NCBI GenBank assembly: GCA_022710185.1
Contig: JAKLHK010000004.1
Coordinates: 3,669 to 67,668, forward strand
DNA length: 64,000 bases
DNA from: Bacteroidota bacterium
GTDB lineage: Bacteria > Bacteroidota > Bacteroidia > Bacteroidales > JAGNHN01
Direction of reading: 5' to 3'
The number at the start of each line of letters is the position of its first letter. Position 1 is the stretch's first letter. The notes under the pieces are model-generated. The model saw nothing but the letters and a program-made list of their open reading frames with translations, was not told the origin of the DNA and did not search any database. Below, one piece after another: positions 55,812-64,000 of this stretch. The translations under genes were made by a program, and so were the position numbers.

Positions 55812-56600
55812 ATGACTGATATCAAGGGATTTCTGTTGTTCAAGCTGTTTGCTTCGGTATTCTTTATACTCGGGAATGTTGTTGGTGTATATGCACAGAA
55901 TATCATCAGGATATCTGATGGAACAGCAGATCTGAACGATACCATCCTTGTCAGCATTCAAATTGCCAATGACCAGGCATTCATCGCGTTTCAGTTTGAC
56001 ATCGCAATTCCAGAATCCTTTACCTATGTGGAGAATTCTGCACAGTTGTCGAACAGGGAGAGCGGTCACTCCCTTTCAGTAATAAAAGTCTCCGACACTT
56101 TATTCCGGTTTCTGGCATTTTCGATGCAGAACAGCGCTTTCAGCGGAGACTCAGGGGAAGTGATGCGTATTGAGTTACATAGTGGAGATACACCTGGCAT
56201 ATATGAGCTTGAATTAAACAATGCTGTGATTTCAGATCCTTCATCTCATAATATCCTCAACCTGGCAGTTAATGGGGTTTGGACAATCGGGGCAGTAGGT
56301 TTCTGGGAATTTGTCAGTCCGGAAATGGGTTCAGCTTTTCCCAATCCAGGCAGTATTAATGAAATGTCCGTCAAGCTTAACATCAGCAAAGCAGCTTTAT
56401 ATTCTATCCTCCTTACAAATAGTGAAGGAAAGGTGTGCACATCACGCTCCATCCATTTCCATTCAGGAAGAAACTGTGTGCGGGTGGAAGACTTAGCGGG
56501 GTTTAAGGACCTAAGGCCTGGCATTTATTTCCTCAGTATGGCCAGGACAGATATGAACGCTATAGAGAATAAACAGATCAAGCTAATTCTTACTGACTAA
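55812..56600 (+). CDS. Single cohesin-like module protein with a T9SS C-terminal sorting domain
   Basis: Signal peptide. Cohesin-like pattern ILVSIQIANDQAFIAFQFDIAIPESFTYV...FRFLAFS...GEVMRIELHSGDTPGIYELELNNAVISD. The C-terminus FPNPGSINEMSVKLN...GIYFLSM... is CTD-like. Confidence 0.75.
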   Translation: MTDIKGFLLFKLFASVFFILGNVVGVYAQNIIRISDGTADLNDTILVSIQIANDQAFIAFQFDIAIPESFTYVENSAQLSNRESGHSLSVIKVSDTLFRFLAFSMQNSAFSGDSGEVMRIELHSGDTPGIYELELNNAVISDPSSHNILNLAVNGVWTIGAVGFWEFVSPEMGSAFPNPGSINEMSVKLNISKAALYSILLTNSEGKVCTSRSIHFHSGRNCVRVEDLAGFKDLRPGIYFLSMARTDMNAIENKQIKLILTD

Positions 56601-56610
56601 ACATAGCTCA

Positions 56611-59490
56611 ATGGACAAGCTTTATCTCTTAAAAACACTTCTTACCATTGCGCTGCTCCAGACAGTTCTGAGTACGTCCCTTGTCGCATCAAACATCTTG
56701 TCCATAGGGCAGACTCAATGCACTGCAAACCAATTGGTTGTTGTAGACATCAGCATCGACAATGGCAACCAATTCGTTGCCTTCCAGGTTGACATACCCA
56801 TTCCAAATGAATTTGTTTATGTTTCAGGCAGTGCCACATTAAACTCTGTACGAACAAATGGGCACTTGCTAAATGCCACCCTGCTTTCAGGAGGCACACT
56901 AAGGATCTTTGGATATTCTTTTTCTAATGCTCTTTTTCTGGGAAATACCGGAGTGGTTGCCAGTTTTCAGTTAGCCTCAGGATCTAATCCAGGATACTAC
57001 GCACTCAATGCTACGAATGCGGTTATAGGGAATATAAATTCACAGAATATCCTTACAAGCGCCATAAATGGGAGTATCACAGTCAATGCACCTGAAATAA
57101 ACACCAACCTCACTTCGATAGATTTTGGGGACATTCCCCTGGGGGGGTCAGAAGATCGGCCATTAAGGATCTATAACAATGGAAATATCGACCTTCACGT
57201 TCAGGGCATCTTCTTTGATAATCCTAATTTCGTGATAGTTGGAAACAGTTCATACGTAATTTCCCCGGGAAACTATCAAAACCTGACTGTACGGTTTAAT
57301 TCAAACATAAAGGGGAATTACCAAAATCATCTGTATATAGTTTCTGATGATCCGGATGAAGATACTATTGCCGTTACCCTCGCAGCTGTTGCCTTTGCTG
57401 TGAACGAAATTCATACAGGGAATATGAGTACGCGGTCGGGGTATATCGATACCCTGCGGTTTAGCGTAAACAATATGGAGCCCTTTGTGGGTTTCCAGTT
57501 TGATCTGAGGTTGCCACAACCACTGCAATTCATCCAGGGTTCTGCCGTATTATCTTCACGAAAAGCAGATCATTCAGTTGCTTGCAATATTGTCCAGGGG
57601 AATATGCTGCGTGTTGTAGCCTATTCCCCCGGGAACAATCCTTTTTCAGGGAATAGTGGGATAATTGTCTCATTAGCTTTTGAGGTAAATGGTATCGGAG
57701 GATATTATCCGCTTACGATTGAAAATGCGATCATTGGTGATTCGTCCGGAACGGATGTATTGTCTGCATACTATAATGGCTCCCTGCAAATTGCGGCTGG
57801 AGATATTTCGTGCAGTTCCACTGTGGATCTGGGTGATGTTTCCATTTTTGATACAACCCACACTTCCTTATCCCTACATAATGTGGGGAATGATACATTG
57901 AAAGTTCAAGCGCTTGCATTTGCGCATCCTTCATACTATAGCGCGGCAAGTCTTCCAATTTACATTACTCCAACTTCGAGTTATCAATTGCCTATTTCGT
58001 TTCATAATGCTAATCCAGGAACACTCAGCAGCCAATTGATGATCTATTCCAATGATCCTGATGAGTCTCCGAAAAAAGTGAATCTCACGGCCAGTTCATA
58101 TATTCCCAATCAAATGGCCATTGAAAGTGTCCTGGTATGTAATAGGGATTCATTGTTGCCTGACACATTCTGGGTAAGTCTTGGCATTGAGAATTATGAA
58201 GATTTCGTGGCTTTTCAATGTGACATAACTTTCCCCACAGGATTTGTCTGCCTCACGGATTCAACCGTATTAAGTTCCCGGGCACAGGATCACATTGTCT
58301 ATAGTTATTTAGTATCTCCAGGCACTGTCAGATTATTTGCGTATAGTCTTTCCCTGAGTGTATTCTCTGGAGGATCGGGATCTGTCGCTCATCTATGTTT
58401 TGTAAATGTTACATCACCACCTGGAAACTATGCACTGTCACTCCGAAATGCCATTGTTGGGAACCAGCAATCACAGAACATCCTGCATAGCACCCTGGAT
58501 GGCACCGTGGCCATAAATCAGTCACCTGTAGTAACAGTGAGTAGTGACATTACGATCTGTTATGGTGATTCTGTGCCAATTGGTGCTAATGGGGCAGCCG
58601 CTTATACCTGGGATCAGGGACTGGGTTCAGGAAGCAGCCATACAGTTGCCCCGGTAACATCTACCATCTTTTCAGTTACCGGAACCAATGCCAACGGGTG
58701 CACAGGAACTAACGAAGTAAGCGTCCTGATCTATCCTGAGCCAGACCAATCAAGCGCAGGTGCGGACGCTCTCAATATCGCTGACAGTATCTATTTCTTA
58801 CAAGCAAATCTTCCCAATATTGGTGTAGGAGTATGGAAAATTGTTTCTGGACAAGGTGGCTATTTGGCAGACAGTCTAAACCCGAATAGTGCGTTTTCAG
58901 GACTCACCGACACCCTGTACCTACTGGAATGGAAGATATCCGGTATTTGTTCAAGCACCTCAGATAGCGTATTAATCTCATTCGCTGAGCCACCACAATA
59001 TGCGAGAATTGATGTAAGCGTCCGCTATGCAAACAATGCATCAACCCCACTGACAGGCGTAGAGGTTGTCCTTTCTGGCGATAGCCTGACACGAACAGGG
59101 CTAACGGATACGAATGGCAACATTTCTTTTGATAGTTTACCTCTTGGTGATTACTACATTACTGCCTCACATACCGGAGCCTGGATTTCTGGAGCAAGTA
59201 ATTCTGTTGACGCGCTGGCGATTATGCAACATTATGTGCATTTGATTTCACTATCAGGAATATACCTACAATGCGCCGCAGATGTCAATGCTTCGGGTTT
59301 TATCAACGCTACCGATGCGCTGCAGGTAGCGCAGCGTTTCACGGGTTTAGTGCAAGCCTTTGGTGCAGGTGACTGGTGTTTCTCGCCGGGAAATATAGAT
59401 TTACTGAATCCTGAAAATTACTCAGTTGTTATTCAAGGAGTTATGGTAGGTGATGTGAATGGATCTTATGTACCTCCACAAAGTAAGTAG
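56611..59490 (+). CDS. Multi-cohesin scaffold-like protein: 3 cohesin-like modules, Ig-like spacer domains, CarboxypepD_reg-like domain, C-terminal dockerin-like module
   Basis: Three modules share the F(V/I)(A/G)FQ.D(I/L)..P..F core with the preceding gene, at approximately nt 56680-57090, 57400-57810 and 58110-58530. The C-terminus carries DVNASGFINATDALQVAQRF and GDVNGSY (dockerin-like Ca-binding repeats). I see no T9SS CTD. Confidence 0.75.
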   Translation: MDKLYLLKTLLTIALLQTVLSTSLVASNILSIGQTQCTANQLVVVDISIDNGNQFVAFQVDIPIPNEFVYVSGSATLNSVRTNGHLLNATLLSGGTLRIFGYSFSNALFLGNTGVVASFQLASGSNPGYYALNATNAVIGNINSQNILTSAINGSITVNAPEINTNLTSIDFGDIPLGGSEDRPLRIYNNGNIDLHVQGIFFDNPNFVIVGNSSYVISPGNYQNLTVRFNSNIKGNYQNHLYIVSDDPDEDTIAVTLAAVAFAVNEIHTGNMSTRSGYIDTLRFSVNNMEPFVGFQFDLRLPQPLQFIQGSAVLSSRKADHSVACNIVQGNMLRVVAYSPGNNPFSGNSGIIVSLAFEVNGIGGYYPLTIENAIIGDSSGTDVLSAYYNGSLQIAAGDISCSSTVDLGDVSIFDTTHTSLSLHNVGNDTLKVQALAFAHPSYYSAASLPIYITPTSSYQLPISFHNANPGTLSSQLMIYSNDPDESPKKVNLTASSYIPNQMAIESVLVCNRDSLLPDTFWVSLGIENYEDFVAFQCDITFPTGFVCLTDSTVLSSRAQDHIVYSYLVSPGTVRLFAYSLSLSVFSGGSGSVAHLCFVNVTSPPGNYALSLRNAIVGNQQSQNILHSTLDGTVAINQSPVVTVSSDITICYGDSVPIGANGAAAYTWDQGLGSGSSHTVAPVTSTIFSVTGTNANGCTGTNEVSVLIYPEPDQSSAGADALNIADSIYFLQANLPNIGVGVWKIVSGQGGYLADSLNPNSAFSGLTDTLYLLEWKISGICSSTSDSVLISFAEPPQYARIDVSVRYANNASTPLTGVEVVLSGDSLTRTGLTDTNGNISFDSLPLGDYYITASHTGAWISGASNSVDALAIMQHYVHLISLSGIYLQCAADVNASGFINATDALQVAQRFTGLVQAFGAGDWCFSPGNIDLLNPENYSVVIQGVMVGDVNGSYVPPQSK

Positions 59491-59694
59491 GGGTTTTGCA
59501 ATGCTCAGCGCTAAGCGTTCCATACAATGTTCAGTGCCAACGGTCATTGAACATTTATAGGTTGGAGTTCAAGGACTTCGTCCCTCCCCCTCCTTCATCA
59601 TTCCTTGTTTCCCGAATCACTCGCCTGGGGCTCACTCTCGGGGTTGTTCGACATACTCTATCCTTCTGAGATCGTTGATTGATATTCGATATTC

Positions 59695-59937
59695 CCCCGG
59701 AATGCAAGCATTATGGAGGAGGATTACGCTGCGCGTGATCCGTTGGGGGGGGGCTTCAGTCAATGCCCTGCCGGGCTTCGCCCGGCTACGGGCTTTCCCT
59801 TTCCCTGCCCCGGAATGCAAGCATTATGGAGGAGGATTACGCTGCGCGTGATCCGTTGGGGGGGGCTTCAGTCAATGCCCTGCCGGGCTTCGCCCGGCTA
59901 CGGGCTTTCCCTTTCCCTGCCCCGGAATGCAAGCATT
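59695..59937. repeat. 112/113-bp tandem repeat (2 full copies plus a partial third) containing G8/G9 tracts
   Basis: GGAATGCAAGCATT recurs at 59699, 59812 and 59924. The copies differ by one G in a homopolymer (G9 at 59745-59753, G8 at 59858-59865). Each unit holds the GCCGGGC-TTC-GCCCGGC hairpin. Confidence 0.93.
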
Positions 59938-59953
59938 CCAGGCAGGGAAAGGG

Positions 59954-59984
59954 AAAGCCCTGTTTGCTTCGCAAACAGGGCTTT
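59954..59984 (-). terminator. Perfect 14-bp stem / 3-nt loop hairpin immediately 3' of tRNA-Pro
   Basis: AAAGCCCTGTTTGC-TTC-GCAAACAGGGCTTT. On the minus strand it follows the tRNA-Pro CCA end by 3 nt and ends in a short T-rich run (CTTTCCCTTT). Confidence 0.7.
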
Positions 59985-59987
59985 GAC

Positions 59988-60065
59988 TGGTCGGGATGAG
60001 AGGATTCGAACCTCCGGCCTCTTCGTCCCGAACGAAGCGCGCTAACCGGGCTGCGCTACATCCCG
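59988..60065 (-). tRNA. tRNA-Pro (anticodon CGG), CCA encoded
   Basis: The reverse complement has acceptor CGGGATG/CATCCCG and D arm TAGCGCAGCCCGGTTAGCGCG. The anticodon stem-loop is CTTCG-TTCGGGA-CGAAG and the T arm is GGAGGTTCGAATCCTCT. The discriminator is A, followed by CCA. Confidence 0.9.
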
Positions 60066-60131
60066 AGGCCATAAATTGAGAGCGCAAATATACGAATTTA
60101 TCCTGCAATGCAAACCAGCAGGCGCTCAAAA

Positions 60132-63100
60132 TCAAGGCTGGCCAACCATCAGCTTGCGGGTCAGGTTGCGCCCACCAGCCTGCACCCTCACATGATAGCT
60201 TCCAGGAGCCACCCCGTCAAGCGGAAGGGGGAGTATCCGGGTCTGAACCTCGCCCAGGGAACGGGACCAGACCTCCCGCCCCAGGGCATCGTATAGTCCG
60301 ACCTCCACCGACTGGGGACGGGTGAACGACAGGGCCAGGTTCGCCTGTCCGACCGCAGGATTGGGAAACACCTCCAGTGACATGTCCCCGCCCGGTTCAT
60401 CCAGACCTACGGGGTAGCCCACGGTGAAGGCCGTAGAGGTGAAGTTCCCGAAATCAGGCTCGAAACTGTAGAGGTAATACCCCCCCTGCACACTCTTTAT
60501 GCGCGCCGAGCCGATGGTGCCATTCCCATAAGGAGGGTTGATGTACCAGAAATCCAACCCATTGCCCCCGGCATCGGTGATCATCATCTTGTAACAGCCC
60601 TGCGTCAGGGTAATGGTATCATCATAATAGGTGTTCGCGGCCAGGGGTCCATTCTGGAATAATATGTTGCCCATCACATCTTCAATCCACCAGGCCGACT
60701 CCTGAGGGGCGTGATTGGAACGGAAACGGACGATAAAGGGGTTCTCGAAGTCAGGCGGAAGGCTGAACCGGCTGAAGGCGCTGTTGTTGTGGGGATTCTG
60801 GTCCTGTCCCCCATTGGGCTGGTCCACGCTCACCCGGAAGCAGGGGTCGAGGGCAGCGTCCGGCCCGAACAATGGAACCGGGGGCAAGATCACCACATCC
60901 TCCTCAAGGAAGGCCAGGTTGCCGGTCCAGGTATAGCTCTGCTGAGTGCCCCCACAACGTCCGTAGGTAAACACCAAACTGCTCAGGTTGGCGCTGCCGT
61001 TGTTCCTGATCCTCACCTTGGGATTACCGCATACGGGGTTCTCCCTTCCAAAGCGCGTGGCATCGCTGGGACTGATGATCTCCAGAACGGCGGCATCGGT
61101 GGTGAAACTGGGAGGGCCGTAAGAAACCAGGTAGGACTCCACCACATAGTTGCCATACGGGTCGTACTGGCAATTGTAATCGATCACAGGACTGGTCCCG
61201 GGGCTCACCCAGGGGGTGATCTCGATATCGTGCAGGGTGCCCGGAGCACCGGGACACCATCCCGCCCGGTCGAACACCCAGGTGCCGCCCTGGGGGAAGA
61301 CGGGATTGCTGGCGCATTCTTCCATGATCTGCCAGGAATACCGGGTGGTACCATCCACATCGAGGCTGTGGATCTTGTAACAGAACTCGGCGCAGTTGGT
61401 GGCGTTATCGAAACCGTGGCCGGTGGTGGTGATCTTCACCCGGTACATGGAGGAGGCGGGATCCAGGGCCACGGTCCGGGGAGGGACGTTGGCCGCGAAG
61501 GTGCTCAGGTTGTAATTGCCGTTCCAGAGCCTGCCAATCCTATGGACCTCACGGGGCGGGGTACCTTCGATCATCAGGAACTTCATATCCAGCAGCTCCT
61601 GCCAGTTCCCTGCCTTGAGGTGGACGGAGTCGCGGAGCAGGGGGGCAAAATCGGTGACATCGTAGACCCAGGTAAAGCCCTCGCCCAGGTCGAGTCCAAT
61701 GCCGTAGGGAGTGATGAAACGGCCCAGCTCATAGCGTTCCGTAACCGGGAAGGGCGGGCCGTAATACGGGCGGTTCTCCTTGAAGATGACCGTATCCCTG
61801 GGGATCAGGGTGGAATCGATGATCTGCCCGCTGCTGTTGAGGGTGTAGGCATAGGCCAGGGGCCAGGCCGTCAGGGTGTCGGTAGCCACGTTGCCCTGCA
61901 GGGTATCGTCGAACAGGATGACATACACCGGATTGTTCTCCAAGGTGTCAATAGCATAGACCGTATCGGTGACCTGGCTGAAGACCCCCTGCTCCAGGCG
62001 GAGGTCGGGCCTCAGCGCATAGGCATCGAACTCGCGGGTCCGCTCACCCCTGAAGCCCTTCCAGGCCGGGAGCATCAGGTCGGCATGCCTGCCGTTCCCA
62101 CTGGCATCGTGGGCCAGCACTCCGCTCCCCTCGTTCAGGGGATAGTAAAGGATCAGGTCGTTCCAGTAAGGATCGGTAGGGTCGAGGCCACGGTACATGC
62201 GGTGCTGGATCTCGGTCATGCTCAGGGAGCGGTTCCAGAACCTTACCTCATCCATATCGCCGTTCCAGTGGTTGGCAATGGGCCGGCTCAGCTGCAGGGG
62301 GACGCTGGTGGCAGGGGTGTAGGCCGGAATAGTCCCCGTAAAGCTGAGGCTGCTGGGGAGCCCGTCGATGTAGAGCTTGAGCCTTGCGGCATTGTTGCTG
62401 CCGGTTCCGTCATACACCAGGGCCACATGGTGCCATACACCCTTACTCAGGGTCTTGAGCGAACTGCCATAGGTGTTGCTTCCGTTGCCTACCAGACAGA
62501 AAAGGTTGTCGGTAGCCCCCCCGGCGGAACCACTGGTCTCGATGCTGATCCGGTGTTCGTTGTCGAGCTTTTTCGCGAAGAGGGACCCCCAGCTGGTGAA
62601 TGCTTCGGCCCTCACCCAGGCTTCGAAGGTGAAATGCTGGGTGGAATCCAGCGCATCAATATCCCCGGCATCTACGTAATGATAGGGGTCAATCTCGAGG
62701 TAATGCCTGGGATCGGTGGAGGACAGGGTGGATTGGAAGGGCACCGGGCTACCGTACACCTGCAATGGACCGCTGAGTTCATCATATCCGATCTCCACCA
62801 GCAGACTGGAGGTGCCATCCCACACGAAGGGCTGATGGAAGGGAAAAGACTGCCACCCGGTCTGGGGAAGGTAGAGGTCGCGGTCGTAGTGGGTGCTCAA
62901 TACCGGGTTTCCGGGATTGATGCTGTCGAGCTGAGTCAGGGAAGTATGGGCCAGGCGGATGCGCAGATGGCTGAGCCAGGTGCCGGCCGACTGCAGCCGG
63001 AACCCCAGTCCGGTGATGTTTCCGGGGGCCAGGCCTGCGGCCATCAGTTCGGCCGCTGTGTAAAGGAAACGTGAGGTGCCGTCCTGCCCGGGCATTCCTA

Positions 63101-63542
63101 CGGTGAGGGTGTAGGTCCCTCCGCCCAGGCTGGCCTGGCTGAGGGAAGTGGTATCAGTATAGCTGACCAGGAACTGGGGCCGGATCTCGTAACGGTGGCT
63201 GGGCTGCAGCATGCATTCGAAGGAGTCGGGGACCACCGGCCCGGGTACCATATAGCTGGGCTGGTACATGAGCGTGGAGTCAAAGCCCCCGGTATTATGG
63301 AAAAGATAGGTATAGGTCAGGTAGTCCCACTCCCCGCAGGCCGGGTTCTGGGCTGGATTGCATTTCAGGGTGTAGTACATCAGTATCCTCTCCCAGGAAT
63401 GGGTACTGTCGGGAAAAATGAATACAGCATCCTGGGGTGATCCGAAGGTGAAGGTCTGCACGACCGTGGTGTCGCCTGGTCCGGCGAGCCCCCGCAAGGG
63501 AAACAGACAGAGCAGGAGATAGAGGGTGAAACGGGATCTCAT
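60132..63542 (-). CDS. Large secreted LamG-domain / PNGase F-related-domain protein with a T9SS C-terminal sorting domain
   Basis: Signal peptide. LamG block (FTFEAWVRAEAF...WHHVALVYDG...MDEVRFWNRSLS). PNGase-F-like C-terminal-type block (TTGHGFDNATNCAEFC...QGGTWVFDRAGWCPG). CTD (LEVFPNPAVGQANLALSF...GSYHVRV). Confidence 0.8.
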   Translation of the reverse strand: MRSRFTLYLLLCLFPLRGLAGPGDTTVVQTFTFGSPQDAVFIFPDSTHSWERILMYYTLKCNPAQNPACGEWDYLTYTYLFHNTGGFDSTLMYQPSYMVPGPVVPDSFECMLQPSHRYEIRPQFLVSYTDTTSLSQASLGGGTYTLTVGMPGQDGTSRFLYTAAELMAAGLAPGNITGLGFRLQSAGTWLSHLRIRLAHTSLTQLDSINPGNPVLSTHYDRDLYLPQTGWQSFPFHQPFVWDGTSSLLVEIGYDELSGPLQVYGSPVPFQSTLSSTDPRHYLEIDPYHYVDAGDIDALDSTQHFTFEAWVRAEAFTSWGSLFAKKLDNEHRISIETSGSAGGATDNLFCLVGNGSNTYGSSLKTLSKGVWHHVALVYDGTGSNNAARLKLYIDGLPSSLSFTGTIPAYTPATSVPLQLSRPIANHWNGDMDEVRFWNRSLSMTEIQHRMYRGLDPTDPYWNDLILYYPLNEGSGVLAHDASGNGRHADLMLPAWKGFRGERTREFDAYALRPDLRLEQGVFSQVTDTVYAIDTLENNPVYVILFDDTLQGNVATDTLTAWPLAYAYTLNSSGQIIDSTLIPRDTVIFKENRPYYGPPFPVTERYELGRFITPYGIGLDLGEGFTWVYDVTDFAPLLRDSVHLKAGNWQELLDMKFLMIEGTPPREVHRIGRLWNGNYNLSTFAANVPPRTVALDPASSMYRVKITTTGHGFDNATNCAEFCYKIHSLDVDGTTRYSWQIMEECASNPVFPQGGTWVFDRAGWCPGAPGTLHDIEITPWVSPGTSPVIDYNCQYDPYGNYVVESYLVSYGPPSFTTDAAVLEIISPSDATRFGRENPVCGNPKVRIRNNGSANLSSLVFTYGRCGGTQQSYTWTGNLAFLEEDVVILPPVPLFGPDAALDPCFRVSVDQPNGGQDQNPHNNSAFSRFSLPPDFENPFIVRFRSNHAPQESAWWIEDVMGNILFQNGPLAANTYYDDTITLTQGCYKMMITDAGGNGLDFWYINPPYGNGTIGSARIKSVQGGYYLYSFEPDFGNFTSTAFTVGYPVGLDEPGGDMSLEVFPNPAVGQANLALSFTRPQSVEVGLYDALGREVWSRSLGEVQTRILPLPLDGVAPGSYHVRVQAGGRNLTRKLMVGQP

Positions 63543-63569
63543 ATTCGGGGTCTTGGTTATGCATTGTCA

Positions 63570-64000
63570 TCAGGCCAGCCCGCCACCATCCACCAGGAGA
63601 TGGGTGCCGCTGATCCAGGAGGCCATGGGAGAACAAAGAAAAAGGACCGCCCGGGCGATGTCGTCCGCGGTTCCCATCCTTCCCAGGGGCCGGTGGGAGG
63701 CTTCGGCGCGAAACTCGGCCAGGGGCTGTCCCAGCTGCTGCTGCTCGGACCAGAGCAGGGGGGTGTCGGTATCTCCGGGACAAAGGCAGTTCACGCGTAT
63801 CCCCTGGGGGCCATGATCGATCGCCATGGCGCGGGTCATATTCAGCAAGCCTCCCTTGGCGGCGCAATAGGACACGGCCCTGGGGCCCCCCTTCAGCGAC
63901 CAGCCCGACCCGATATGCACAATACTTCCCTTTCCTGCCGTAATCATATGGGGAAGGACGGCCCGGCTGAGCAGCCAGGCTCCCTTGAGGCATACATCCA
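63570..64000 (-). CDS. SDR-family oxidoreductase, C-terminal part (5' end lies outside the window)
   Basis: The frame stays open to the window edge (..DVCLKGAWLLSRAVLPHMITAGKGSIVHIGS). It has the catalytic YxxxK (YCAAKGG) and the PGDTDTPL motif. Confidence 0.88.
   Translation of the reverse strand, partial: DVCLKGAWLLSRAVLPHMITAGKGSIVHIGSGWSLKGGPRAVSYCAAKGGLLNMTRAMAIDHGPQGIRVNCLCPGDTDTPLLWSEQQQLGQPLAEFRAEASHRPLGRMGTADDIARAVLFLCSPMASWISGTHLLVDGGGLA

Noticed and set aside
59713-60135. ORFs 59713..60045 (+), 59763..59999 (+) and 59872..60135 (-)
   Set aside because: They are generated by the 112-bp tandem repeat, so their peptides are periodic, and they run through tRNA-Pro and its terminator hairpin. 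They are not coding.
63295-63993. 232-aa minus-strand ORF spanning the gap between the LamG/PNGase-like gene and the SDR gene
   Set aside because: It is out of frame relative to the SDR gene (63570..64000), which has clear YxxxK and PG motifs, and it overlaps the start of the upstream gene. Its Arg/Pro/Gly-rich composition indicates a shadow frame.

Overview
This is a GC-rich chromosomal segment that looks Bacteroidota-like: several proteins end in T9SS-type C-terminal sorting domains, and there is a DPP-IV peptidase, a FISUMP domain and a four-helix-bundle gene. I support about 46 protein genes, most of them in tight operons, and 2 tRNAs. The core flanks are ordinary: topA, an arginase-family gene, a hybrid sensor kinase, purF, a YfcC-type transporter, an rRNA methyltransferase, a transglutaminase-domain protein, asd, comF-like, DPP-IV, an arsenic-resistance cluster and a Na+/H+ antiporter.

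Two segments are visibly more A+T-rich and look accessory. Each abuts the 3' side of a minus-strand tRNA and is separated from it by tandem repeats. Neither carries an integrase.

- **Island 1 (about 28.1-43.4 kb, ends at tRNA-Thr CGU).** It holds a HigB-like / HigA-HTH::ImmA-IrrE cassette bracketed by 130-bp direct repeats. It also holds a six-gene, translationally coupled type I R-M operon: hsdM, Upf1-like SF1 helicase, hsdS, DUF4062-like/HATPase_c_4 protein, hsdR, YgjP-like peptidase. Beyond that are an orphan 203-aa gene with an Rx4H motif and a four-helix-bundle gene flanked by hairpin-containing 47/48-bp tandem arrays.
- **Island 2 (about 51.4-59.9 kb, ends at tRNA-Pro CGG).** It encodes a dockerin-bearing S8 protease and two cohesin-module proteins, one with a T9SS anchor and one with 3 cohesins plus a dockerin. 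It is followed by a 112/113-bp tandem repeat.

The best candidates for something undescribed are the R-M-embedded helicase and DUF4062-like genes, the hairpin arrays around the four-helix-bundle gene, and the T9SS-linked cohesin-dockerin protease locus. All domain calls come from reading motifs by eye. No database search was run.
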